Counted from the first letter of the stretch, positions 46,946 to 56,282 are shown. The stretch: 64,000 nt of DNA from an uncultured Acidobacteriaceae bacterium (GCA_963712385.1 CAVQHS010000009.1:603146-667145), one strand, 5' to 3'. Numbers and translations are program-made. The notes: generated from the sequence alone by a model not told the origin.

Positions 46946-47440
46946 TTACTTGCCGGCAACCGCTTTTCGCGTTTCTTCCGAAGCTGTTTTCTTCGCCTCC
47001 GTTTGCAGCAAACTCGCGGGCGCTAGCAGCTTGTTCATATCGAGCAGAACAATGAGCCGGCCCTTGACTTTTCCCAGCCCAGTCACGCAATTCAGTCCGC
47101 CTTCCTGAAATGCGGCCGGCGGAGCTTCCACATCTTCGTTCGGAATCTTCACCACTTCAGAGGCCGAATCCACAATCAATCCCGCCAGCTTTCCTGAATG
47201 CTCCACCACCAAGATTCGATTGCGTCTCTTGCCTTCGACTTGCTTGACGCCGAAGCGCTTGCGCAGGTCCATCACGGAAACAATTTTTCCCCGCAGGTTG
47301 ATCACGCCTTCGAGATAGTCGGGTGCGTCAGGAACTGCCGTAATTTCCGGGACGCGCACAATCTCGTGCAGGGAAGTGATGGGCACGCCGTAGGTCTCGC
47401 GCCCAACCTGGAAGCCAACGATATGGAGTTCGCGATTCAT
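46946..47440 (-). CDS. cheW: Chemotaxis coupling protein CheW
   Basis: FQVGRETYGVPITSLHEIVRVPEITAVPDAPDYLEGVINLRGKIVSVMDLRKRFG. Confidence 0.9.
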   Translation of the reverse strand: MNRELHIVGFQVGRETYGVPITSLHEIVRVPEITAVPDAPDYLEGVINLRGKIVSVMDLRKRFGVKQVEGKRRNRILVVEHSGKLAGLIVDSASEVVKIPNEDVEAPPAAFQEGGLNCVTGLGKVKGRLIVLLDMNKLLAPASLLQTEAKKTASEETRKAVAGK

Positions 47441-47457
47441 CGCTCGTTCGTCAATTT

Positions 47458-49440
47458 CTAGCGGCGTGACCCAGCCGTTGCGCGGCGCGCATGTTGCGGC
47501 CTGTCTTCAGGCTCGTGCTCGCGTGATTCAGACTCGTCGAGCGTGAAGCGGTCGAGGTAGTCGAGCAGGCCGCGCGACATCTTCGACATCTGCTCGGCAG
47601 ATGCGGCCAGTTCGGTCGAGCCAGAAGTCGACTGCTGCACCAATTCGCGCATCCGCTCCATCGCTTTTACCACTGCCTGTGCTCCAGATGCCTGCTCTTC
47701 GACGGCCGAGTTGATTTCGTGGGTGATTTCGTTCAGCCGCGTGGTCGCGCGCGCAATTTGAGACGAACCGTGAGACTGCTCATTCGTAGCAGCGCCGATT
47801 TCCTGCGCGAACTTGTAGACTTCCGTGACGACGTTCGAAATCTTGCGCAACGCCGAGTTCAGCTCGCCGCCCAGATCGAGACCCTCGTTCACGATGCCGG
47901 TCGAGCGATCCATGTTCTCTACGGCCTTGCGGGCTTCCTTTTGAATGCTTTGAATCAGTTCGGAGATTTCCTTGGTCGACTGCGCTGACTTTTCCGCCAG
48001 CTTGCGGACTTCATCGGCGACCACCGCGAAGCCCAATCCGTGTTCGCCGGCGCGCGCCGCTTCAATGGCCGCATTCAGCGCCAGCAGGTTGGTCTGCTCG
48101 GCCAGATCGTCGATGACTTCGATGATCTTTCCGATATCGTCGGCTCGAGCTCCGAGTGCTCCGATGATCTCACCCGAAGAAGTGATGGTGGCATTGATAC
48201 GGTTCAGGCCGTCGGTGGCCTTTTCCATCGTGGTGATGCCGCTGTGAACTTCTTCGCGGGAGCGGTTGGAAATGTCGAGTAGCACCTTTGCCGTGTCGGC
48301 CACGCGCTGAATGGAGGCGACCATCTGATCGATGGAAGCCGAAGTTTCGCTTACGCTGGAAGCCTGCACCTGCGTGCTCTTCACCATGTTCTGCACGTTC
48401 ACGCTCATCTCGTGCATGGTGCTGGTAACTTCGTCGATGGCGGAAGAAGCTTGCAAGCCGACTTTGGCGGAATCATCCGAGGCGTTGGCGACCTGTCCGG
48501 ATGCGCTCGCCACTTGTGCTGAAGCGTCGCGGACGCTGCGCACTAATCGTGCCAGGCCTTCCACCATGCGGGCGAACGCGTTGCCCAACGTGTCGTGCGG
48601 AGAACGCGGCTTCACTTCCACGGTCAGATCGCCGCCCGCGATGGATTCGGAAACGCCCGCCATTTCCTTGAGGTAATTCACCATCTTGGCAAACGAGCGC
48701 GCCAGTTCTCCGATTTCGTCCTGGCGGGTTGCGTCGATGTTGTGTTCCAGGTCGCCCGTGTCGCCGATCTGCCGCGACACGATCATCAAGTTCGTCAGCG
48801 GCTGGGTGATCGATTTCGCCGTGGTGAAAGCGACGAACACGCCGAGCGCCAAAGCTACGAGAGTGCTAAGAACCGCCGCTAGAATCGTCCACGTGCTCGC
48901 CGTCTGATCTGACTTACTCCGTTCGTCCACTAGTTTGTGATTTTCGGCATCGGCCACATCGAGAGCGTCGGTTGAATTCTTCACCCAAGAGGATGCGTCT
49001 TTCTGCAGGTAGTAAATCTGCAACTCGGCAACTGTCGCGTTCCCCGAGTCCACGTCCTTGCGTTTGTCGATCAACGGTTGCGCAAACTCTTTGCCCCACG
49101 ACTGTTCCAGTTGTTCCACCCGGTCCAGCGCGGAGTGCTCCTGATCGGAATTCGCGAGAGACTTGCCCAGTTGCAGTTTCTCGTTGAGGATTCTCAGCCC
49201 CTCGTTCATCCGGTCCACTTCCCGGCTGTCTCCGCTGAGCAGGTAGTTGCTCAGGTAGAGGCGATTCTGCATCATCTGGAAGCGGACCTGGGTGGTGGCA
49301 TCCGTAAGCTCAATCGACTTTTTGGCGGCCGCTTTAGCGTCATGCTCCCGCTGCACCGCCAGAATGTTCACCAGGAACAGCACCACCACCATCCCCAGAA
49401 TGATTCCGAAATTTACATAAAGCTTTTTGCCGATCGTCAT
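47458..49440 (-). CDS. Methyl-accepting chemotaxis protein (two TM helices, helical periplasmic sensor, HAMP)
   Basis: TM1 [21 protein letters not shown], a ~160-aa helical ectodomain, TM2, and HAMP. Signalling hairpin [36 protein letters not shown]. Confidence 0.9.
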   Translation of the reverse strand: MTIGKKLYVNFGIILGMVVVLFLVNILAVQREHDAKAAAKKSIELTDATTQVRFQMMQNRLYLSNYLLSGDSREVDRMNEGLRILNEKLQLGKSLANSDQEHSALDRVEQLEQSWGKEFAQPLIDKRKDVDSGNATVAELQIYYLQKDASSWVKNSTDALDVADAENHKLVDERSKSDQTASTWTILAAVLSTLVALALGVFVAFTTAKSITQPLTNLMIVSRQIGDTGDLEHNIDATRQDEIGELARSFAKMVNYLKEMAGVSESIAGGDLTVEVKPRSPHDTLGNAFARMVEGLARLVRSVRDASAQVASASGQVANASDDSAKVGLQASSAIDEVTSTMHEMSVNVQNMVKSTQVQASSVSETSASIDQMVASIQRVADTAKVLLDISNRSREEVHSGITTMEKATDGLNRINATITSSGEIIGALGARADDIGKIIEVIDDLAEQTNLLALNAAIEAARAGEHGLGFAVVADEVRKLAEKSAQSTKEISELIQSIQKEARKAVENMDRSTGIVNEGLDLGGELNSALRKISNVVTEVYKFAQEIGAATNEQSHGSSQIARATTRLNEITHEINSAVEEQASGAQAVVKAMERMRELVQQSTSGSTELAASAEQMSKMSRGLLDYLDRFTLDESESREHEPEDRPQHARRATAGSRR

Positions 49441-49470
49441 GCCGTTATTCCTCCGGCCGCCTTCTCACAA

Positions 49471-49815
49471 CTACTGATGAGGCTCGAACTTGAAATCCAC
49501 CACGCCCGTGCTTTCCCCGGGAGCAGGCTCAAAGCGCCACTTCTTCACCGCCTCCAGCGCCGCTGACGCCAAGACCGGGTGTCCGCCGATTACCTTGGCA
49601 TCCTTTACCGATCCGTTCGGGGCGACCGTCACCTGAACTTTGACCGTGCCCGTAATATTCATCTTTCGCGCCAGATCCGGATAGACCGGTGACACTTTGC
49701 TTTTGGCGCGACGGACAATCTCGTTGTCAGAATCCTGGGCTCGCACTCCCACCCAACCAGTTCCAGCCATAACTGCAACCACTGCGAACAGCGCTCCTGT
49801 CCGTCGCAAAGACAC
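49471..49815 (-). CDS. Secreted TonB C-terminal-domain-only protein
   Basis: SKVSPVYPDLARKMNITGTVKVQVTVAPNGSVKDAKVIGGHPVLASAALEAVKKWRFEP is a TonB_C fold signature. The preferred start is GTG 49815, with a GAGGAGG RBS and signal peptide MSLRRTGALFAVVAVMAGTGWVGVRA. The ORF-track start at 49866 overlaps the promoter motif. Confidence 0.7.
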   Translation of the reverse strand: MSLRRTGALFAVVAVMAGTGWVGVRAQDSDNEIVRRAKSKVSPVYPDLARKMNITGTVKVQVTVAPNGSVKDAKVIGGHPVLASAALEAVKKWRFEPAPGESTGVVDFKFEPHQ

Positions 49816-49849
49816 AGTTCCTCCTCGGGAATGTATTGCCTTGCTTCCG

Positions 49850-49865
49850 AGCAACGCCGTGGCCA
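49850..49865 (-). promoter_or_regulatory. Candidate sigma-54 (-24/-12) promoter of the chemosensory operon
   Basis: The minus strand reads TGGCCACGGCGTTGCT. GG and GC are separated by exactly 10 nt and a TTGC -12 element is present (consensus TGGCACG-N4-TTGCW). It lies 35 nt upstream of the GTG 49815 start. Confidence 0.6.
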
Positions 49866-50082
49866 CGTCTCACTTTCCGCGAAAACCAAAGTCACGTTCG
49901 CGATGTGCGTGCAAAAGACGGACTTAAGACAAATCGTCAGATTCTGGCGAGACTTCGCCCCGGGATTAGCCACGTCTCATAACCGGCCGAGCCCGCCTTC
50001 ATTCTCAAAGTGAGAGCGATCAGGGCTGAATTCTCGGGATTTCACACTTTGGCACCTGCTCCTGCATTTTTCTTGACTCAAA

Positions 50083-53000
50083 TTGAGATTGCAGGATATT
50101 TTTCCAATAGATTCAATCACTTGTGAGAATCTCGAAAATCCCGTTTCGGCCATCGGTGACGCTCTGAAACCCGCGGACGGAAAGTCGACGCACTCGTCGG
50201 TTCACATCAATTCGGACGAGGCTTTCCAACAATTGCTGCTTCAGATCGCCGCCAAGGCCGCAGAGCGCTCCGACTCTTCCGCTCTGATCAAGCTTTTCTG
50301 CAAAGCCACCAGGGAATTCTTCCAATGTTCCGGCGTCTATTTCTGGCGGCGGCATCCCGGCGACGAACTGGTTGCCGAATATGCTGACGGGAAGCTGGCC
50401 GAGCGCTTCGCCGGCATTCGCCTGCTGCCGCAGCAGAGCGCAATCACCATCGACGCCGTGCGCCGGCGGCGCACCGTTATCGTCAAGCATCAAATGCCCT
50501 CCGCCGTCCTGCCCGCGTTGCAACCATTCGAGCCGCGCTCGCTCATGGCTACGCCTCTGGTGGTCTTCGACGAAGTCATCGGCTCCGTCACCTACTTGCA
50601 TGACTCCCAGGATGATTTTTTTGACGATGACATGGGAGCAAAGGCCACGATTCTCGCCGGCCAACTCGGCAGCCTGCTCGAAGCCACCCGCCTTAGCGAA
50701 GTTTCGCGGGAAGAGCATCGTCGCGCGGAAATCCTGACGGAAGTGGCTACCGCGCTTCATGGCACTCCTGACGTCAATTCGGTCACGGAATCTCTTGCCG
50801 ACCGGTTGCGCCTCCTCCTGCGCACCCGCCTGGTATCAGTGCTCCTGCGGCGTGAGGGACCTTTCGAGCTAAGAGCTGTTTCTGCGGAAACGCCGCAACT
50901 GGCAAACTCTTTCCGTGCCCGTCACGATCGCCAGACGATCCGGTTCGCAGCCGATCTGGCGCAGCGTGCGGTTTCCGCAGGTGAGGCGATTACCGTTTCC
51001 GTCAGCAGCGATCAGCATTCCCTTGGCAGCGTGATCTCTCCCGGCATGCTGATTGCTGCGCCCTTCCGCACGACGCGAACGCAAGGCGCTGTTCTCGTTT
51101 ATCCACGAGCCGAGGGCGTTTACACGGCAGAAGAAAAATCGCTGGTCTCCGCGGTTGCCGGCTTCGGGGCCGTGGCCATGGCGCACGCCGAACGATGTGC
51201 CACGGCCCAGGGGCAGGCGCGCGAACTCCACCAACTTTTGGAGATTTCTTCGGAACTCAGTTCGAGTGGCGACCTCGACCAATTCCTGCAGGCTTTCGCC
51301 GTGCGCGCCGGCGACTTCCTTGGCTTCGGCCGCTGCTTCATCGCTTTGCTGGAAGACGATGTGTTTCGCGTGCGCCACAGCGTGAGCCACGGGCAATCGA
51401 GCCGGGTGGCGGAGGTTTTCCCCGAAGGAATCGCGACCCGCGCGCTCCGCGCCAAGGAAGTTTTCTGGTCCGACGATCTCAGCCACGAGCCGGGCGTAAA
51501 TCAGCAGGCCATCGCGCAATACGAGGCCCGGCAATTGCTGGCGGTGCCGTTGCTGGGCGCGAACGGCGGTGTGCTGGGAATGTTCGGCGTGCTTGACCGC
51601 CTCGATGGCACTGGCATCTCGCGCGAAGATGTGCGCCGCGCGAAGGCTCTCGCTGCCCAGGTGTCGGTGGTTCTCGAGGTCGCTCACAATCTGCATCAGT
51701 CCGAACTCAACCGCCGCCGCTCCGATGTCTTGATCCAACTGGCGCGTGAAATCGACGGCTTGCTGCGTTTGCCTGACTTTGCCCGCAAGTTTGTCGAGCG
51801 CGCGATCGAGTTGGCTGGCGCGAAGTCGGGCGCCCTCGCTCTGGTTCAGGATGGCCGATTTCAAACGATGGCCATTCACTCGATCCAGCGGCCATCGACA
51901 TCGGAACGGGATCTAAATGCAAGCGCGGCTTCGTTGGCTTCATCGGAAGCGGCTGTTCCCGAGGTTCGTCCGCACGCGGTAGATCATTTCCAGAATCAGC
52001 AACTCGCCCACGCTCTTTCCGCGCTCGTAGCAAAACGCTCAGAGACGATTGTGTCCGGTTCGGCTTCCGAGTTGCTGGGAGAGCGGCTGGCTTCCAGCCT
52101 GGGCTGGGCCGATTGCTTGATCCTTCGCCTTCCCGGCTCGAACGGAGAACTGGCGGGATTGCTTTGCCTTTCAGGACGCACGCATCCAGTCACGCAAGAG
52201 GATCGCGAGTTGCTCGAAGCCATTGCGGGCCACGCCTCCATGGCCTTGGAGAGTGCCCGCCTGTTTACCCGCATCGAACAGGCGAACCGTCATTGGCTGG
52301 AGATCTTCGACGCGATTAGCGATCTGATTGTCGTTCACGACGAGACCGACAAGGTTTTGCGCGTAAACCGCTCTCTTGCCGCAATGATCGGCGTGGCTCC
52401 GAGCGAATTGATCGGCGTGAATATGCGCGCGCTGCTGGCTCTTACCAACGACCCAGCGCTTTATTCCTGCCCTTTCTGCCGCACCATGGGCGAGGATTAC
52501 GATGAGTTCCTCCATCCCGCGCTCGATCGCACGTATCTGGTTTCTACTTCCCGCGTGCATGGCGCCTCGGGCGAGAATTTGCAAACCATCCATGTCTTGA
52601 AAGACATCACCGACCGCCGCGAGGCGGAACGGCGCTATCGCGAGCTGTTCGACAACATTCAGGAAGGCCTGTTCTTCAGCACGCCCGAAGGCCGCTTCGT
52701 GGAAGTGAACGATGCCCTGGTCGCCATGTTCGGATATTCCAGCCGGGAAGAATTGTTGCAGGTGGATATCCCCAGCCAGATTTATTTCACTCCCGACCAG
52801 AGAACTCTCCATGCCCAAACCATGGAGAAAGACGGCCACATGCGGAACTTCGAAGCCACCCTTCGCCGCAAGGACGGCTCGCCCATTTACGTGCTCATTA
52901 ACGCATTCGGCATGTACGACAACCTCGGGCGTCTGGTGCAGATTCGCGGCCTCATGCTCGACGTGACCGGTCTGCACACTTACCAGTCGGAGTTACAGCG

Positions 53001-54093
53001 CGAGCGCGATTTCTCCGCAAAGATTCTCAGCAATACGCAGAGCTTCATTCTCGTCTCCGACACTGCGGGACTTATCAGCTACGCCAACCGCCGCTGGCAC
53101 GAAGCTGGTTTCGAGCAGCGGGAATTGCTGGGACGTCCCGTGCTCGAACTTGCCGCTCCCGGCTACGTTCGCTCTCTCTCCGATGCTCTGCAAACCACCT
53201 TGCGCGGCGGGCAGGTCGATAACCTGGAGATGCAGGTGATGCGGGGCAACGGCCACGTCGGCCAGTTCTCGGTGAATCTGAGTCCGATGCGCGACGAGCA
53301 GGGAAATATCAACAGCATCGTCGTCGTCATGACCGACATCACCGACTCCGCCGATCTCCGCGACAAATTAGTTCATGCCGAGAAAATGGCGGCTGTCGGG
53401 CAGCTCGTCTCCGGTGTCGCCCATGAGGTAAACAATCCGCTGACTGCCATTCTCGGTTTCGCCGACCTGCTCCTCGAGAATCCCGAGATTCCGGAAAGCG
53501 CCCGCAAGGATATTCGCGTCATCCTGCAGGAAGCGCAGCGCACCAAGATGATCGTGCAAAACCTGCTGAGTTTTGCGCGGCAAATGCCTCCGCAGCGCAA
53601 CGCCGTGCAGATCAACCTCATCCTGCGCCGCACTATTCAACTGCGTTCCTACGATTTCTCCAGCCACGGGGTTGACATCGTTGAGCACCTGGACGAAGGC
53701 TTGCCGGAAGTCATCGGTGATGCGCACCAGTTGCAACAGGTGTTTCTCAACATCCTGAACAACGCTTACGACGCCGTGCATGAAGTCGGCCGGCCCGCCC
53801 GCATTGAGATCATGACCACGAAGGCGGGCAACGCAGTAGAAGTCTCCTTCCGCGACAACGGCACCGGCATTGAGAACCCTGACCGCATCTTCGATCCATT
53901 CTTCACGACGAAAGAAATCGGCAAAGGCACCGGCCTCGGCCTCAGCATCTGTTACGGCATCGTGAAGGAGCATGGCGGAGAAATTCTCTGCCACAACAAC
54001 ACAGACGGTCAGGGAGCTACTTTCATCGTCCGCTTTCCCGCAGCGCCCCACACTGCCACTCTGGGTGTGGCCGCAGGAGTGCTACAAAAATGA
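50083..54093 (+). CDS. Cytoplasmic multi-GAF / three-PAS sensor histidine kinase
   Basis: 1336-aa ORF with no TM helix. Repeated GAF-like blocks are followed by PAS modules (EIFDAISDLIVVHDE..., ELFDNIQEGLFFSTPEG..., KILSNTQSFILVSDTAG...). H-box SGVAHEVNNPLTAI. G-boxes DNGTGI and GTGLGLSICYGIV. The start is uncertain (TTG 50083). Confidence 0.85.
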   Translation: MRLQDIFPIDSITCENLENPVSAIGDALKPADGKSTHSSVHINSDEAFQQLLLQIAAKAAERSDSSALIKLFCKATREFFQCSGVYFWRRHPGDELVAEYADGKLAERFAGIRLLPQQSAITIDAVRRRRTVIVKHQMPSAVLPALQPFEPRSLMATPLVVFDEVIGSVTYLHDSQDDFFDDDMGAKATILAGQLGSLLEATRLSEVSREEHRRAEILTEVATALHGTPDVNSVTESLADRLRLLLRTRLVSVLLRREGPFELRAVSAETPQLANSFRARHDRQTIRFAADLAQRAVSAGEAITVSVSSDQHSLGSVISPGMLIAAPFRTTRTQGAVLVYPRAEGVYTAEEKSLVSAVAGFGAVAMAHAERCATAQGQARELHQLLEISSELSSSGDLDQFLQAFAVRAGDFLGFGRCFIALLEDDVFRVRHSVSHGQSSRVAEVFPEGIATRALRAKEVFWSDDLSHEPGVNQQAIAQYEARQLLAVPLLGANGGVLGMFGVLDRLDGTGISREDVRRAKALAAQVSVVLEVAHNLHQSELNRRRSDVLIQLAREIDGLLRLPDFARKFVERAIELAGAKSGALALVQDGRFQTMAIHSIQRPSTSERDLNASAASLASSEAAVPEVRPHAVDHFQNQQLAHALSALVAKRSETIVSGSASELLGERLASSLGWADCLILRLPGSNGELAGLLCLSGRTHPVTQEDRELLEAIAGHASMALESARLFTRIEQANRHWLEIFDAISDLIVVHDETDKVLRVNRSLAAMIGVAPSELIGVNMRALLALTNDPALYSCPFCRTMGEDYDEFLHPALDRTYLVSTSRVHGASGENLQTIHVLKDITDRREAERRYRELFDNIQEGLFFSTPEGRFVEVNDALVAMFGYSSREELLQVDIPSQIYFTPDQRTLHAQTMEKDGHMRNFEATLRRKDGSPIYVLINAFGMYDNLGRLVQIRGLMLDVTGLHTYQSELQRERDFSAKILSNTQSFILVSDTAGLISYANRRWHEAGFEQRELLGRPVLELAAPGYVRSLSDALQTTLRGGQVDNLEMQVMRGNGHVGQFSVNLSPMRDEQGNINSIVVVMTDITDSADLRDKLVHAEKMAAVGQLVSGVAHEVNNPLTAILGFADLLLENPEIPESARKDIRVILQEAQRTKMIVQNLLSFARQMPPQRNAVQINLILRRTIQLRSYDFSSHGVDIVEHLDEGLPEVIGDAHQLQQVFLNILNNAYDAVHEVGRPARIEIMTTKAGNAVEVSFRDNGTGIENPDRIFDPFFTTKEIGKGTGLGLSICYGIVKEHGGEILCHNNTDGQGATFIVRFPAAPHTATLGVAAGVLQK

Positions 54094-54491
54094 CAACTCC
54101 CAGCGTTCAATCCTCCCCGTTGCCGGTTTTACTCATCGAGGACGAACCCTCCATCATGGCGCTCGTCAGCGCCACGCTGGAACGTAACGGTTATCACGTC
54201 GAATGCATCGAGTCGGGCGCCGAAGCGCTGCGCATGCTCGAAAACGGCCGATATCTGGGTGTTGTCTCTGACATGCGCACACCCGGCGGCGTCGATGGCG
54301 CGCAAGTGCACTCCTGGATCGCGGCCAATCGTCCCGATTTAGTCGACAAAATTGTGATCATTACCGGCGATTACGCCAACGAAGAAACGGTTAGCACTCT
54401 GCGCAGAATCGGCGCACTCTATTTAGAAAAGCCTTTTCGTGTGCAGGACCTGATCGCCGCGGTAGAAAAAACCATGGGGAAAGCACGGTGA
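54090..54491 (+). CDS. Single-domain response regulator
   Basis: VLLIEDEPSIMAL...LGVVSDMRTPGGVDG...IVIITGD...LEKP. 4-nt overlaps with both neighbours. Confidence 0.8.
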   Translation: MTTPSVQSSPLPVLLIEDEPSIMALVSATLERNGYHVECIESGAEALRMLENGRYLGVVSDMRTPGGVDGAQVHSWIAANRPDLVDKIVIITGDYANEETVSTLRRIGALYLEKPFRVQDLIAAVEKTMGKAR

Positions 54492-55969
54492 CTACAGCCT
54501 TAAACAAAGACGAACTGCGCGTGCGTTTACTGATCGTTGATGATGAGCAGACCATCCGCAAGCTCTGCATGACCGTGGGCGAAGCCCTTGGCTTCATCTG
54601 CCTGGAAGCCGAAAGCGGCGAGGCCGCCCTGGCTCTGCTCGAAGAACAACCGGTTCACATGATCCTCAGCGACATGGTTATGCCCAACATGTCCGGCCTG
54701 GAATTTCTGGAAAAGGCGAAGAAACTTCTGCCGCGCTCCGAAGTCGCGCTGATGACGGGCCATGGCTCCATCGAAACCGCCGTGCAAGCCATGCGCCTTG
54801 GCGCCTACGACTACATTACGAAACCGTTCTCTCCCCTCGATGAGCTGCGCATGTTCCTGCGCCGCATGGCGGAAAAAGTCCGCCTGGTCGAGGAAAACGA
54901 ATTTCTCCGCCAGCGCATGGACTCCGAAACCGCGGTGCACGGCATCATCGGGTCGTCCGCCAAAATTCAGGAAGTTCTGCGGGTCGCTTCTCGTCTGAAA
55001 GACACGCGCACCGCTGTTCTTATTTCGGGCGAAAGCGGCACTGGCAAAGAGTTGATCGCGCGTGCCATCCATTTTCGCGGCGCATTCGCCAGCCGACCAT
55101 TCGTCGCCGTCGATTGTGGTTCGCTCGTGCCCACGCTAATCGAAAGCGAACTCTTCGGCTACGAAAAAGGTGCGTTTACCGGAGCGCTGCGATCGAAGCA
55201 AGGACTGTTTCAATCCGCCGACACGGGAACGGTTTTCCTCGACGAGATCGGCGAGCTCCCTCTAGAGTTACAAGCAAAACTACTGCGGGTCTTGCAGGAA
55301 AAAGAAGTCCGCCCGGTCGGCAGCAACCAGCGCGTCAAAGTCGACGTTCGCGTAATCGCCGCCACCAACCGCGATCTCGAAGCCGCCTACAAAAACGGAA
55401 CCTTCCGCAAAGATCTCTACTTCCGGCTGAACGTAGTAACGCTTCACGTCCCCGCCCTGCGCGAGCGCCGCAGCGATATTCCCATGCTAGTGAACTGGTT
55501 CTGTGAGCGCTACGCTCCCGGCGCGGAAATGCGCGTCTCAAACGCAGGCATGAAAGCCCTGATGAGCTACGACTGGCCCGGCAATGTCCGCGAACTAGAA
55601 AACTGCGTAGAACGCGCCGTAGCCCTCGGCAACGGCAGCCTAATCGATCTCGGCGATCTTCCTTCCTCGATCGCCGGATTGCATCCCGCGGCGCGTTCCG
55701 CAAGTGCAGCGCCGGAACTCGTCTCCGATCTCGCCGCCTCGGCTGCGCTCGGATCGAGCGACGGCTTGGCCGAAACCCCGCTCTCCACAACCGATCTCGA
55801 AGATATCGAACGTGCCACCATTCAACGCGTGTTCGAGCAAGTGAAGGGCGACAAAGCGCTAGCCGGACGAATGCTCGGCATCAGCCGCGCCACGTTGTAT
55901 CGCAAGCTGAAGAGATACAACATCACCGGCCAGTCGGCGGCTGGATCGTCAAGCCATACGCTGCAATAA
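54488..55969 (+). CDS. Sigma-54-dependent response regulator (NtrC family enhancer-binding protein)
   Basis: REC (LLIVDDEQTIRK, HMILSDMVMPNMSG). AAA+ (GESGTGKE, ESELFGYEKGAFTGA). Fis-type HTH (LGISRATLYRKLKRY). Confidence 0.9.
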   Translation: MTTALNKDELRVRLLIVDDEQTIRKLCMTVGEALGFICLEAESGEAALALLEEQPVHMILSDMVMPNMSGLEFLEKAKKLLPRSEVALMTGHGSIETAVQAMRLGAYDYITKPFSPLDELRMFLRRMAEKVRLVEENEFLRQRMDSETAVHGIIGSSAKIQEVLRVASRLKDTRTAVLISGESGTGKELIARAIHFRGAFASRPFVAVDCGSLVPTLIESELFGYEKGAFTGALRSKQGLFQSADTGTVFLDEIGELPLELQAKLLRVLQEKEVRPVGSNQRVKVDVRVIAATNRDLEAAYKNGTFRKDLYFRLNVVTLHVPALRERRSDIPMLVNWFCERYAPGAEMRVSNAGMKALMSYDWPGNVRELENCVERAVALGNGSLIDLGDLPSSIAGLHPAARSASAAPELVSDLAASAALGSSDGLAETPLSTTDLEDIERATIQRVFEQVKGDKALAGRMLGISRATLYRKLKRYNITGQSAAGSSSHTLQ

Positions 55970-55983
55970 GCAATCACGCAAAA

Positions 55984-56018
55984 ACCCCTGAAAATTTCGG
56001 GGTGTCATTGCGTTTTTT
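55984..56018 (+). terminator. Weak terminator-like hairpin after the activator gene
   Basis: acccc-tgaaaatttc-ggggt followed by gtcattgcgttttttc. The stem is short, so this is only moderately convincing. Confidence 0.4.
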
Positions 56019-56163
56019 CGGGCCGCGTTTTACTACGGCTTTTTCTCCTCCTTCTTTTTCTTCTCTTCCGGAGTCTGTGGTTTCGGCTGCGGGCTGTGCA
56101 GAGGCGCGGCTGGTTTTACCGTTTTCTAAGGGCCTGAAGGGTGCCCGCCGCGACGGCTCTTGA

Positions 56164-56180
56164 CTGAGACGATGTCTCAG
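56164..56180. promoter_or_regulatory. Perfect 7-3-7 palindrome CTGAGAC-GAT-GTCTCAG (candidate activator or operator site)
   Basis: Read directly from the sequence. A third TGAGAC half-site lies at 56183..56188. The centre is ~115 nt upstream of the sigma-54-like motif at 56283. Confidence 0.5.
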
Positions 56181-56282
56181 GATGAGACTGAATGTTTAGG
56201 GCATTACGAAGCAGATTGAATCAAGCACCGTAAACAATTGAAAAATCTAGTCCTGCAGTTCTAGCCCTTCCGTTCCCAGGCG

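Noticed and set aside
50050-50066. TGGCACCTGCTCCTGCA upstream of the GAF/PAS kinase, which looks like a sigma-54 promoter
   Set aside because: It has a perfect TGGCAC hexamer, but GG and GC are separated by 11 nt instead of the invariant 10. Sigma-54 promoters do not tolerate this spacing. A TTGACT-N17-ATATTT sigma-70-like arrangement at 50072..50100 is an equally good explanation. It could still be tested by TSS mapping.
50869-54051. Long minus-strand ORFs 50869..51879, 52171..52977 and 53368..54051
   Set aside because: All lie inside, and antisense to, the GAF/PAS histidine kinase, whose frame carries clear H, N and G boxes. The translations are low-complexity with no motifs.
56040-56133. 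Minus-strand reading KTVKPAAPLHSPQPKPQTPEEKKKKEEKKP* across the polypyrimidine tract
   Set aside because: The frame is closed by a TAG about 30 codons upstream, with no ATG, GTG or TTG start in between. It is a by-product of the purine-rich complement.
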